DNA of 64,000 nt from Fimbriimonadales bacterium (GTDB lineage Bacteria; Armatimonadota; Fimbriimonadia; Fimbriimonadales; Fimbriimonadaceae). Where the stretch lies: NCBI GenBank assembly GCA_038230855.1, contig JBBRML010000004.1:15562-79561 (forward strand). Direction: 5' to 3'. Both the position numbers and the translations under genes were made by a program. The stretch's first letter is position 1. Each line of letters starts with the position of its first letter. The notes beneath the pieces are model-generated. The model was not told where the DNA came from and made no database searches. It saw nothing but the letters and a program-made list of their open reading frames with translations. This document shows, in pieces, positions 38,147 through 47,267 of this stretch.

Positions 38147-39280
38147 ATGGAAGTCGTGCGTCTCGGGATCATCGGTTTGGGAAATATGGGTTCAACTCAT
38201 GTAGGTTGGTCGCCGAAAATCAATCGTTTGAAGCTCGTCGCCGTATGCGACCTTGACGAATCGAAGCTGGCGAAGTACCCGGACTACGAGCATTTTACAT
38301 CCGCGTCAGAGCTCATCCAATCTGGAAAAGTAGACGCAGTTCTAGTTGCCACACCCCACTACGCGCACACGACCATTGGAATTGAAGCCCTGGAAGCCGG
38401 CCTTCATGTCTTGGTTGAGAAGCCGATTTCTGTTCACAAAGCAGATGCTCTGCGGCTGATCGCGGCATGGAATGGACGGCAGGTTTTTGCGGCTATGTTT
38501 AACCAGAGGACCGATCCCCACTACCAGCAGATGCGAAAAATCGTCCAGTCTGGGGAGTTAGGCGAAGTACAGCGCGTGAATTGGATTATCACGGACTGGT
38601 TCAGGACAGAGACTTACTATGCCAGCGGTGGATGGCGGGCGACATGGCGAGGCGAGGGCGGCGGCGTGTTGTTAAACCAATGTCCTCACAATTTGGACTT
38701 ACTCCAGTGGATCGCGGGAATGCCGACCAAGATGCGCGCGTTCTGCAACTTCGGAAAGCACCACCGGATTGAGGTTGAGGACGAGGTCACGGCCTACTTC
38801 GAGTATGCAAATGGAGCGACGGGAGTATTTATCACAACAACGGGTGAAGCACCCGGCACGAATCGCTTGGAAATCGCTGGTGACCGAGGCAAAGTTGTTC
38901 TTGAGAACGGAACAATCACTTTCTACCGAACCCCTGTCAGCGTGAAGCATGTGAAGGATACGTCTCTTGAGTCGTTCGCAACTGTCGAGACGTGGACCTG
39001 CGACGTGCCAGTCCGTGGAAACGGCGGCCAACACACCGAAATCCTACAGAACTTTGTCAACTCGATTCTTGATGGGGCAACATTACTGTCTCCCGCGGTC
39101 GAGGGTCTCAATTCCGTCGAGTTGGCTAACGCGATGCTGCTGTCTGCGTGGACCGACGCAACAGTAAGTTTGCCGATTGACCCGGCGTTCTACGAGGCCG
39201 AGCTCAAAAAGAAAGTGGATGGATCGGCATTCGCGAAAGAAACTCGCGCAGCCGTTGTGGACATGGCGGCATCTTTCTGA
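38147..39280 (+). CDS. Gfo/Idh/MocA oxidoreductase
   Basis: GIIGLGNMG, VATPHYAH, VEKP, GGGVLLNQCPHNLD. Confidence 0.93.
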   Translation: MEVVRLGIIGLGNMGSTHVGWSPKINRLKLVAVCDLDESKLAKYPDYEHFTSASELIQSGKVDAVLVATPHYAHTTIGIEALEAGLHVLVEKPISVHKADALRLIAAWNGRQVFAAMFNQRTDPHYQQMRKIVQSGELGEVQRVNWIITDWFRTETYYASGGWRATWRGEGGGVLLNQCPHNLDLLQWIAGMPTKMRAFCNFGKHHRIEVEDEVTAYFEYANGATGVFITTTGEAPGTNRLEIAGDRGKVVLENGTITFYRTPVSVKHVKDTSLESFATVETWTCDVPVRGNGGQHTEILQNFVNSILDGATLLSPAVEGLNSVELANAMLLSAWTDATVSLPIDPAFYEAELKKKVDGSAFAKETRAAVVDMAASF

Positions 39281-39284
39281 CGCG

Positions 39285-40016
39285 ATGAAGTGCTGCGTAG
39301 TTATCCCCGCTCGTATGGCGAGTACTCGCTTTCCAGGAAAGCCCCTGTGTGACCTCGGAGGAAAACCGATGCTTCAGTGGGTTGTTGAGGCCGCACGGCG
39401 CGCGGACGTAGGAGATCATGTCCTTGTCGCTACTCCCGACATCGAAATCGCACAGGCGTGCGCTCGGCTAAAGATCGACTCGATGATGACCTCAAATGTG
39501 CATCCCAGCGGTACCGATAGGATCGCAGAAGTAGCGCGGGCGGTCGACGCGGACATTTATGTAAACGTCCAAGGCGACGAGCCGCTAATTCCGGAGGCCT
39601 CGATTCGTGCCTGCGCGGAGCCGTTGCTGGCCGATCCGGCCGTTCAAATGGGAAGCGTTTGGGCTCCGTGTTCGGAAGAGGACCACGACAATCCTGCAGT
39701 GGTGAAGTGCGTAACTGATGCGCAAGGCTTCGCTTTGTACTTCAGCCGATACTGTATTCCTTTTGCTCGCAATCCTCGAATCTCTGTAGTAAAACGGCAT
39801 GTTGGGATTTATGCGTACCGAAAAAGTGTGTTAGCCGCGTATTCGACTTGGCCCCAGACGCCATTGGAAGTTGCTGAGAGCCTCGAGCAACTAAGGTTTC
39901 TAGAAAACGGAGTGCGGATCAAACTATCCGAGGGTCTAGGAGCAGATATTGGCGTTGACACGCCTGAGCAGGCTGACCAAATCCGAGCCAAGATTGCTCA
40001 ATTGGGTTTAGCTTAA
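39285..40016 (+). CDS. kdsB: 3-deoxy-manno-octulosonate cytidylyltransferase
   Basis: VIPARMASTRFPGKPL, SGTDR, NVQGDEP, ALYFSR, LEQLR. Confidence 0.95.
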   Translation: MKCCVVIPARMASTRFPGKPLCDLGGKPMLQWVVEAARRADVGDHVLVATPDIEIAQACARLKIDSMMTSNVHPSGTDRIAEVARAVDADIYVNVQGDEPLIPEASIRACAEPLLADPAVQMGSVWAPCSEEDHDNPAVVKCVTDAQGFALYFSRYCIPFARNPRISVVKRHVGIYAYRKSVLAAYSTWPQTPLEVAESLEQLRFLENGVRIKLSEGLGADIGVDTPEQADQIRAKIAQLGLA

Positions 40017-41093
40017 TGCGCGATCGCGCGGAACCGTGAAGCTCGCGAAGCGAGCCTTTCGCGCTCGATCAATCGCTTCAAGCCCTACTTCGCGCTCGAA
40101 TGCTCTGAAACTCGCCAGCTTGAACCCGTGCTTAACGGCGAGCCGAGCGATCTCCTCGACCTTCTCCACACTAACGTCTTTGCCTAAAGTGAAGCTTTCT
40201 GGACGATTTTCGAGGGCCAGAATGATTGTTTCGCTCATACATGCGTACGCCGTCTTCTTTGGAAAGCCAAAATTGAAGTTGAACTTGGCGTCCCCAGGCA
40301 CGGCGATAACGCCACCTTCGATCACGAGTACGTCCGGACGCTCACGCGCTACACGCGCGGACACATCTCGGGGCCGCGCGACATCACAGACGATTGCGCC
40401 CGGCCGCAGATGTTCGGGCAAGACTAACTCCTTCCCCGCCGAGCTAACGGTAACGATCACATCGGCCTCGCGAATCCGAGAAATGTCGGTCGAAGCTTCG
40501 CCATTCTGAACGTTCAGGGCGACGAGCGCGGTGCGCTCCTCGTCCCGGCCAATCAGGATCACCCGGCCAAATTTCTTGCCGAGGATGATCGCGCAAGTCT
40601 TTCCAATTGACCCGGTAGCCCCGACAACCGCTAGGGTTGCATTTGCGACGTCGATGTCAAGGTATCCCGCGGCAACAAGGGCGCCTTCGCACGCGGTGGC
40701 AATCGTGTAGCTATTCCCGGTGGTTACGGGAATTTTGGATCGACTCGCCACGGTCAAGCCGCCGTCACCGACGACGCTCGTGAATGCACCAAGCCCGATC
40801 AGTTGCGCTCCGCGTTCCGCGGCCAAGTCAGTACATTGAACAATCCGTTCGTAAACCAACTCTAGAGGGACCTTGCCCATCATTTGGCTCGGCGTGAGGG
40901 GGCACGCAATGAGCCAGCCCTCCGTTTCAGCACCAGTGGGCGAGTGGATGCCCGTGACATAGCTGCCAATCACCGGCCGCTTGTGCTGCAGGAATTTCTC
41001 GATAATCGCGTCAGGCACATACTTCGCGATCGGATACTTTCGCGCGACGTCTTTGGGGACAATCGGATGTATTACAAAGGCGAATTTGGTCAA
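40008..41093 (-). CDS. Long-chain acyl-ACP reductase-like Rossmann protein
   Basis: SPTG...G, GLGAFTS, TTGNSYT, VVGATGSIG, YACMSE. Confidence 0.7.
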   Translation of the reverse strand: MTKFAFVIHPIVPKDVARKYPIAKYVPDAIIEKFLQHKRPVIGSYVTGIHSPTGAETEGWLIACPLTPSQMMGKVPLELVYERIVQCTDLAAERGAQLIGLGAFTSVVGDGGLTVASRSKIPVTTGNSYTIATACEGALVAAGYLDIDVANATLAVVGATGSIGKTCAIILGKKFGRVILIGRDEERTALVALNVQNGEASTDISRIREADVIVTVSSAGKELVLPEHLRPGAIVCDVARPRDVSARVARERPDVLVIEGGVIAVPGDAKFNFNFGFPKKTAYACMSETIILALENRPESFTLGKDVSVEKVEEIARLAVKHGFKLASFRAFEREVGLEAIDRARKARFASFTVPRDRALS

Positions 41094-41190
41094 TGCTATC
41101 GATTTCGAGCCCGAAGCTCTAGCCTTTTTGCGTACGCCTTTTCGCTTATGGCGAACGGCGCCTCCAATCCTATCAACGTCAGCCCATTGC

Positions 41191-42096
41191 TCATGGATTC
41201 AGTTCGAAGATATTCGGCTTCCATTTTAGCTCAGCGAGAACAGCTAGGTAGTCGTCCGGGCTCAGTGCCTCCGGACCCTTGGATAGCAAGGCGACCACCA
41301 CGCCTTCCATCACGTTCGTGCCGAATGACTCGCCACCGATCTCCGGCGTCGTTGAAATCGCACGCTTCGCCCCGGTAGATTTGAGCCACTGGAGATCCGC
41401 AGACCGGAGCGTGTTCGTGAGGATGGTCTTTCCTGGCATCGCATCGGGCGCGTATTTGTGGATGTAATGCCAGTCGCCGCAAATGAACGTCGAGCGATCG
41501 AAGACCGCTTTGAACTTTGGGCTGCGAATCTCCTGCTTCTCGCCGGTCGGATAAAACCACTTGAACGGCAATTTGGTAACAAGCGGTAAGAGCAATGCTC
41601 CGAATCGCTTGACTTGGCTGTACTTCGTCAAGGGCACATTTACGCCGAGTCCGAACAACAGATCTCCGAACACGACCTGCGCTCCGGATTCAACAAGCGC
41701 TTGTGCCATTCCAAAACGATCGACGGCCGAAACCAAAAGAACTTTTTCCGTTTTGAAGTCAATGATCCCGTCACTCTGCAACGACCGGATCGTTTCCCGT
41801 TCCAAGGTGTGCTTCATCCCACTTCCATCGACTACGGGCGTCTTCGTCGCGCCAGAAACGAGCTTTAGGATTTGTCGAAACGCATAGCGTCTACCGTCAA
41901 TGACTACATAAATGTCTGCCCCGCCGACCGTGAGCGCGTCAACCTTTCCGTCGAGGTCACGAAACATCTGCCCAAATTTCGCGAGGTCACCGTCTGTGCC
42001 GATCCGTTCGAGTAAAAACTCCTGCCCAAGAATCGTGACTTCGCTGCGCTTATCCCGCTTACTGGTTCCCAAACTGACCGAGACGACTCGTTTCAT
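41191..42096 (-). CDS. Conserved uncharacterised protein (family often auto-annotated 'quinate 5-dehydrogenase')
   Basis: MKRVVSVSLG.S.RD, ERIGTDGD, VDGSG.K.TLE, SFGTNVMEG (recalled family pattern). Confidence 0.6.
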   Translation of the reverse strand: MKRVVSVSLGTSKRDKRSEVTILGQEFLLERIGTDGDLAKFGQMFRDLDGKVDALTVGGADIYVVIDGRRYAFRQILKLVSGATKTPVVDGSGMKHTLERETIRSLQSDGIIDFKTEKVLLVSAVDRFGMAQALVESGAQVVFGDLLFGLGVNVPLTKYSQVKRFGALLLPLVTKLPFKWFYPTGEKQEIRSPKFKAVFDRSTFICGDWHYIHKYAPDAMPGKTILTNTLRSADLQWLKSTGAKRAISTTPEIGGESFGTNVMEGVVVALLSKGPEALSPDDYLAVLAELKWKPNIFELNP

Positions 42097-42102
42097 TGGG
42101 AT

Positions 42103-42483
42103 TCAATATACTGCGATGACTTCGATTTCCACGTCGACGCCTTTCGGTAAGCCGGCAACGGCCACGGTGGATCGAGCAGGTGGTTCCGACTCAAAATAGG
42201 CGCCGTAAACTTCGTTGACGACACCAAAGTGATCCATCGAAGAGAGAAAAATCGTCGTCTTGACGATGTTGGAAGTGGTTAGGCCCTCCGCGGCCAAGAG
42301 ACTCTTTACGTTCTCCATACTCTGCGTCGCCTGGTCACGCACCTCTCCGAGCATAAGTTTGCCATCTGGCGTGAGCGGGATCTGACCACTACAAAAGAGG
42401 AACGTGCCGGAAGTCTTTATTGCTTGGCTATACGGGCCAATCGCACCCGGTGCGTTCGGCGTCGAAACTACGACTCTCGTCAT
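42103..42483 (-). CDS. ridA: RidA/YjgF family enamine deaminase
   Basis: APGAIGPYSQA, SGQIP, VKTTIFL, PARSTV..LP...VEIE; ATG at 42483. Confidence 0.93.
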   Translation of the reverse strand: MTRVVVSTPNAPGAIGPYSQAIKTSGTFLFCSGQIPLTPDGKLMLGEVRDQATQSMENVKSLLAAEGLTTSNIVKTTIFLSSMDHFGVVNEVYGAYFESEPPARSTVAVAGLPKGVDVEIEVIAVY

Positions 42484-42529
42484 GAAGCCAGAATACCGAA
42501 CGATCATAGCCAGCCAGTAAACTGCATCG

Positions 42530-43423
42530 ATGATAATGCTCGCGCTGGCCCCCGTAGCCCTGTTGTTCGCTCGACAGGAGCCAGACCCCATGCGGCTCTC
42601 GATAGGAGGTCCGGGCGAGATAACGATCACCCCCGGCCAACTATGCTCGACCAAGACTGGCGCACCGGCGACGCCTGCGGATGTAGCGCGCGCGGCACGT
42701 GGCAAGAAGTGGGTGTTTCTGGGTGAAAATCACGCAACTTCGGCGCACCAGAACCTTCACGCGGATGTGATCTCAGCATTAGTAAGAGATGGCCGGAACG
42801 TGATCGTTGGATTGGAGATGCTTACTCGCCCAAAGCAGCCCATTTTGGACCAGTGGACAAGGGGCGATTTGATGCGATTCCAATTCACCAAAGCAGTCGA
42901 CTGGAAAGGTGAGTGGGGGTTTCCGTTCACTTACTACGAACCAATCTTTAGCGTCTGCCGGGACAATCACGTTTCGATGGTGGCCTTGAATGTGCCTCGC
43001 GAATGGGTGCGAAGCGTCGGACGCAGCGGCTTTGCGGGCCTCGACACCAAGGCCAAACTACAGTTGCCAGCGAATATGTCCTTAGTCAATGCGAGCCACC
43101 GCCAAGTTTTCACGGCTCTGATGGGCGGGCACCCTATGACCGGCTCTCGAGGCGAAAACATTTACTCCGCTCAAGTGCTTTGGGACGAAGGCATGGCGGA
43201 TACCGCAATTAAGTTTCGACACTCGCAGGTGGCTGAGAACTCCGTATTCGTCGTCATCGCAGGCTCGGGGCACGTCATGTATCGGCAAGGCATCAATTTC
43301 CGGATCCAATCTCGGAACGAGGGCGATGGCATCACCGTCGTGATGACTCAAAGCGCGGTGCCGATCCAAGCGGCGAAGGGCGTCGGCGACTTTGTTTTCG
43401 TTAGCGCACCGGAACGCAAGTGA
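42530..43423 (+). CDS. ChaN-family (haem-binding uptake) protein
   Basis: FLGENH...H, GLEM, AQ.LWD..MA, AGSGH motifs. Confidence 0.8.
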   Translation: MIMLALAPVALLFARQEPDPMRLSIGGPGEITITPGQLCSTKTGAPATPADVARAARGKKWVFLGENHATSAHQNLHADVISALVRDGRNVIVGLEMLTRPKQPILDQWTRGDLMRFQFTKAVDWKGEWGFPFTYYEPIFSVCRDNHVSMVALNVPREWVRSVGRSGFAGLDTKAKLQLPANMSLVNASHRQVFTALMGGHPMTGSRGENIYSAQVLWDEGMADTAIKFRHSQVAENSVFVVIAGSGHVMYRQGINFRIQSRNEGDGITVVMTQSAVPIQAAKGVGDFVFVSAPERK

Positions 43424-43788
43424 CACTTGAGTGGCTAGCCGGAAAGTACTCGGTATGCAAGTGCGCGGCAATGCCCGCGCCAATGCAGCCGACTTCACTG
43501 TGGTCCGTGTCGATAACTTCGGACGAAATCTCGCTAGTATGTGAATCCTCTCTTGCCCCGCCTGAGTCTGTGATTGAATCGGATTGGGTTACATTCCGAG
43601 TATCCGGCCAGATCCCGTTTTGCTTGACTGGGGTGGTCGCGAGTTTCACTTCCCTGCTCGCCGAAGCGGGCATTCCGGTGTTCGTGATTTCAACGTATGA
43701 CACCGACTACGTGCTCGTTCCCGCGTCTTATCAGCCAGCCGCTCAGAAAGCCCTAGAAGCGCGGTACGTGTTCGTTAACGCAGTCTGA
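43420..43788 (+). CDS. ACT domain protein
   Basis: T.DEISLV, LTGVVAS...L..AGIPVF.ISTYDTDY.LV. Confidence 0.88.
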   Translation: MTLEWLAGKYSVCKCAAMPAPMQPTSLWSVSITSDEISLVCESSLAPPESVIESDWVTFRVSGQIPFCLTGVVASFTSLLAEAGIPVFVISTYDTDYVLVPASYQPAAQKALEARYVFVNAV

Positions 43789-44024
43789 TGACTACCGTCG
43801 GGTGACGCGTTCACTGGTCGCTATAGTTGAGGAATGTGCTCGCATGTCGTTGTGCGAGTCGGATGCTTGCACGACCTCGCTTAGTTCGATTTCTCCGCAT
43901 AGCCTAAACGAGCCTACTCATCTCCCCGACCGACTTTGCGAAGAGAACTCCTGAGCACGGTAATGGTTCCAAAACCGGCCCGCGACTTCCTAAAGCCCAT
44001 TCGTTGGCCATCTGTGCACAAAAA

Positions 44025-44055
44025 TAGCCCACTTCGACATCATCGAAGTGGGCTA
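44025..44055 (-). terminator. Intrinsic terminator directly after rpsJ
   Basis: TAGCCCACTTCGA-N5-TCGAAGTGGGCTA with an adjacent A-run, i.e. a U-tract on the minus strand. Confidence 0.85.
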
Positions 44056-44071
44056 CCAAATTATCCTGAAG

Positions 44072-44383
44072 CTAGGCGCTCTTGATTTCGATATCGACGC
44101 CGCTCGGCAAATCGAGTCGCATCAACGCGTCGATGGTCTTGTTGGTCGGCTCGAGAATGTCGAGGAGACGGTTATGGGTTCGAAGTTCGAAATGCTCCAT
44201 CGACTCCTTGTCAATGTGCGGCCCTCTAATCACGCAGAACTTGCGGATGTTTGTTGGGAGGGGGATTGGACCCTTGACGCGGGCTCCGGTTCGCTTTGCG
44301 GTGTCGCAAATCTTGGCGGCTGACTGATCGATAATTCTGTGATCGTAGGCGCGTAAACGAATTCTAACTTTGATTCCTGCCAT
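44072..44383 (-). CDS. rpsJ: 30S ribosomal protein S10
   Basis: [38 protein letters not shown]. Confidence 0.98.
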   Translation of the reverse strand: MAGIKVRIRLRAYDHRIIDQSAAKICDTAKRTGARVKGPIPLPTNIRKFCVIRGPHIDKESMEHFELRTHNRLLDILEPTNKTIDALMRLDLPSGVDIEIKSA

Positions 44384-44508
44384 TTTTGTACCTGGCCTCT
44401 AGGGCCCGCTCCGTCCACTTGAAAACAGGCGTGTGTCGCCTCAACCTCAAGGGAACGTGTATTGTACCTCGGCGGTCAACCGGAGCGGGGACAAGGTAAA
44501 ACCTAGGC

Positions 44509-45273
44509 ATGCTGCTTGAAGGTAAGAAGGGCGTCGTCCTCAATGTCACCAATAAGAATTCGATCGGATGGGCGATCGCCGATATGGCAAACCGCGAGGG
44601 CGCGCGCGTCGGATTAGGAGCGCAAAACGAGCGGCTTGCGGAAGGCATGCAGAAGTTAATTACGGATCGAACCGGTTTCGATCCGCTTATTATTGACTTT
44701 GGTGACGACTCACAATTTGAAGCCTTGGCTGAGCAAGTCGCCGCCCTTTACGGGAAGGTGGACTTCGTGGTTCACAGCGTCGGATATGCTCCAAAAGAAG
44801 CACTGAATGGCCGGTACATAGATACAACGCGCGACGACTTCATGCTAGCCATGGACATCAGCGCCTACTCCCTTCCCCGCCTTTGCCGGGCCCTCGAGCC
44901 CCTCATCAACGACGACGGGAGCGTCATTGCCCTCAGCTACGTTGGGAGCACGCGCGCGGTGCAGAATTACAACGTGATGGGCGTGTGCAAAGCCGCTCTC
45001 GAAAGCTCCGTGCGGTACTTGGCCCTCGATCTCGGTCATCGCGGAATTCGCGTCAATACAATTTCACCAGGCCCGGTTAACACAATCTCGGGACGTGGGG
45101 TGAGCGGCCTGAGCGATATGATCAAAGCAGTCCACGAGCGCGCTCCGCTCAAGCGACCGTACGGTCAGACGGAAGTCGCGGGGGCGGCGGCATATCTCCT
45201 GAGTGACCTCAGTCATGGAGTTACTGGTCAAATCATGTTTGTCGACTCAGGATTCACAATCTTGGGCTTTTAA
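44509..45273 (+). CDS. fabI: Enoyl-ACP reductase
   Basis: NKNSIGW, VHSVGYA, ISAYS, YNVMGVCKAALE, RVNTISPGP. Confidence 0.95.
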   Translation: MLLEGKKGVVLNVTNKNSIGWAIADMANREGARVGLGAQNERLAEGMQKLITDRTGFDPLIIDFGDDSQFEALAEQVAALYGKVDFVVHSVGYAPKEALNGRYIDTTRDDFMLAMDISAYSLPRLCRALEPLINDDGSVIALSYVGSTRAVQNYNVMGVCKAALESSVRYLALDLGHRGIRVNTISPGPVNTISGRGVSGLSDMIKAVHERAPLKRPYGQTEVAGAAAYLLSDLSHGVTGQIMFVDSGFTILGF

Positions 45274-46137
45274 ATGCGGGTGCTGACCGTTCCGAACTGG
45301 TCGTTTGGCCGAAACAAGCCGCTCTGCCGTAAATTCGCTGAAATTTTCGAATCCAGACAGTTGAGCTTGCATTACTTTCAGGGCGACCTTGACCATAACC
45401 GAACGGTAACGGCCTTTTCAGGCGATAGCCAAGATGTGTCGGATGCACTCTTCGCGATGTGCGAAGTGGCGTTCGACACGATCGATCTGAACCATCATGT
45501 TGGTGTCCACCCTCGTATTGGCGCTCTTGATGTGTGCCCGATCGTTCTTCCGGACGATGCCGAAGATCTGAGCGCCTATCTTGGCTATGCCGAAGAACTC
45601 GGAGAAGAGATGGCGCGGCGATTTGACCTACCGATCTACCTCTACGAGAGATCAGAGCGAGGTCGGCATGAATCAGACCTGCCGTCTTTACGCCGTGCGG
45701 GCTTTGGAGGCGCGCTAGGCCGCATTCTGCGGCCGGACTTTGGACCGATCCGCGCGCATCCGAGGCTTGGCGTCACAGTGCTGGGCGTGCGCAATTTCCT
45801 AGTTGCAATGAACATCAACTTAGGCTCGGACGACCCCACAGTCGCCAAAAAGCTCGCGTCAGAGATTCGATCGCTACGCTCACAAGGTGATGAGCGGTTC
45901 CTTGGCGTCAGAGCTCTGGGCTTTCCTTTGCATTCTAGGGGACAGTCACAAGTAAGCTTAAACCTCACCTTGCCGAACTTATCGCCCATCGATCCAATCA
46001 TAGAGTGGGTGCGACACGAATCCGTGCGCCTCAACGTCATTCCTGTGTCGACCGAGTTGATTGGAGTGATTCGGCCCAGAGATGTCGAGCATGCGACTCG
46101 ACTCGCCATTCGCGACGAACAGATTGTGCCCGCTTAA
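45274..46137 (+). CDS. Glutamate formiminotransferase (FT domain only)
   Basis: VPNWS.GR, D.DHNRTVT, H.GVHPRIGALDV.P. Confidence 0.85.
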   Translation: MRVLTVPNWSFGRNKPLCRKFAEIFESRQLSLHYFQGDLDHNRTVTAFSGDSQDVSDALFAMCEVAFDTIDLNHHVGVHPRIGALDVCPIVLPDDAEDLSAYLGYAEELGEEMARRFDLPIYLYERSERGRHESDLPSLRRAGFGGALGRILRPDFGPIRAHPRLGVTVLGVRNFLVAMNINLGSDDPTVAKKLASEIRSLRSQGDERFLGVRALGFPLHSRGQSQVSLNLTLPNLSPIDPIIEWVRHESVRLNVIPVSTELIGVIRPRDVEHATRLAIRDEQIVPA

Positions 46138-46142
46138 CAGAC

Positions 46143-47174
46143 ATGGAATTGTTCACGAACGAACTTGACGCGAGAAAGCAATCGATCCTGCGAGCCATCA
46201 TCATCGAGTACGTCGATGGTGCTGAGCCAGTCGGGAGCGAAGCACTCGTTCAGAAATTCCACCTCGGTGTGAAGTCTGCCACCGTGCGGAACGAGATGGC
46301 GGAGATGCTCGATCTCGGATACCTTGAGCAACCTCATACAAGTGCAGGACGCATCCCAAGTGACTCTGGCTACCGCTATTACGTTGACCGACTCATCGTC
46401 GAGCGGCCGGTCGACGAGACGACGAAGCAAATTGTGGAGAGTGCGTCCACTCAAGGTGATGCGCTTCAGCTATTGCTCCGCGAGACGGTCCGCGCACTCA
46501 GTAGGGTCACAAACTATCTTGGAGTTGCAACCACGATTCGGGATCTTTCAGTCGTGGTTCGAGCAGCGGTCCTGAGTGCTCTCGGACCGCAAAATGCCCT
46601 GTTGGTCCTTGCTCTCAACAACGGGCATGTCGAAAACAAGATGATCGAGATGCCGCAAGGTACGTCACTCGAGGACATCGGCACAATCAATGAACTACTT
46701 GCCGCCCAGCTCTCAGGAAAGACCTTGGGCGAACTCGCGAAGCTTCGACTGAATTTCCCGACCGCCAACGAAAAGCTGGCAACGATTCTTGCCGGTGCGA
46801 TACGCACGATCGCCCAGTCGCTCACGCGGGGCAAACTCATCACCGAAGGCGAGGAGTTTCTCTTTGCACTCCCGGAGTTTCAGAGAGACTCCGGTTACAC
46901 GGCTCAACTGATGCGGGAATTGAGCGACTCCGACCTTTTGTACGAATCGGTTGCGCAGTCTGACGGAACGAAGGTTGTTACGATTGGAAAGGAAAACCAG
47001 CATTCGCAAATGCGGCAACTTTCCGTTATTCGAGAGAGCTTTTGTGTCGGCGACAACAAGGCGGGAATGATTGCCCTGATCGGTCCGACACGGATGCAGT
47101 ACGACACGAGTATTCCTCTGGTGAACTTCACCGCTCGGGCGCTATCTGCCTCTCTAACTCGCTACTTTGCGTGA
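46143..47174 (+). CDS. hrcA: Heat-inducible transcription repressor
   Basis: IL.AII.EY....PVGS, SATVRNEMA, QPHTSAGRIPS..GYRYYVD, GPTRMQY; ATG at 46143. Confidence 0.95.
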   Translation: MELFTNELDARKQSILRAIIIEYVDGAEPVGSEALVQKFHLGVKSATVRNEMAEMLDLGYLEQPHTSAGRIPSDSGYRYYVDRLIVERPVDETTKQIVESASTQGDALQLLLRETVRALSRVTNYLGVATTIRDLSVVVRAAVLSALGPQNALLVLALNNGHVENKMIEMPQGTSLEDIGTINELLAAQLSGKTLGELAKLRLNFPTANEKLATILAGAIRTIAQSLTRGKLITEGEEFLFALPEFQRDSGYTAQLMRELSDSDLLYESVAQSDGTKVVTIGKENQHSQMRQLSVIRESFCVGDNKAGMIALIGPTRMQYDTSIPLVNFTARALSASLTRYFA

Positions 47175-47215
47175 GGCCAGCGTGGCTGGCTCAGGTGGTA
47201 TTGGTGCGCGAAAAC

Positions 47216-47244
47216 AAAAAAGCCCCACCCGAGAACGGGTGGGG
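47216..47244 (-). terminator. Intrinsic terminator between convergent genes
   Basis: CCCCACCCG-AGAA-CGGGTGGGG preceded by an A-run. Confidence 0.75.
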
Positions 47245-47267
47245 GAGCGGGGTTGCTTTGAGCGGGG

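Noticed and set aside
41095-41190. GTTCGCCATAA hairpin region upstream of the AAR-like gene, recalling a fluoride riboswitch
   Set aside because: Lacks the GAUG and CUGAUGAC elements; only generic hairpins are present.
43870-43900. GTTCGATT, resembling a tRNA T-loop
   Set aside because: Flanks do not pair and no cloverleaf can be drawn.
46005-46142. CIRCE element for hrcA
   Set aside because: No TTAGCACTC-N9-GAGTGCTAA seen upstream or elsewhere in my reading.
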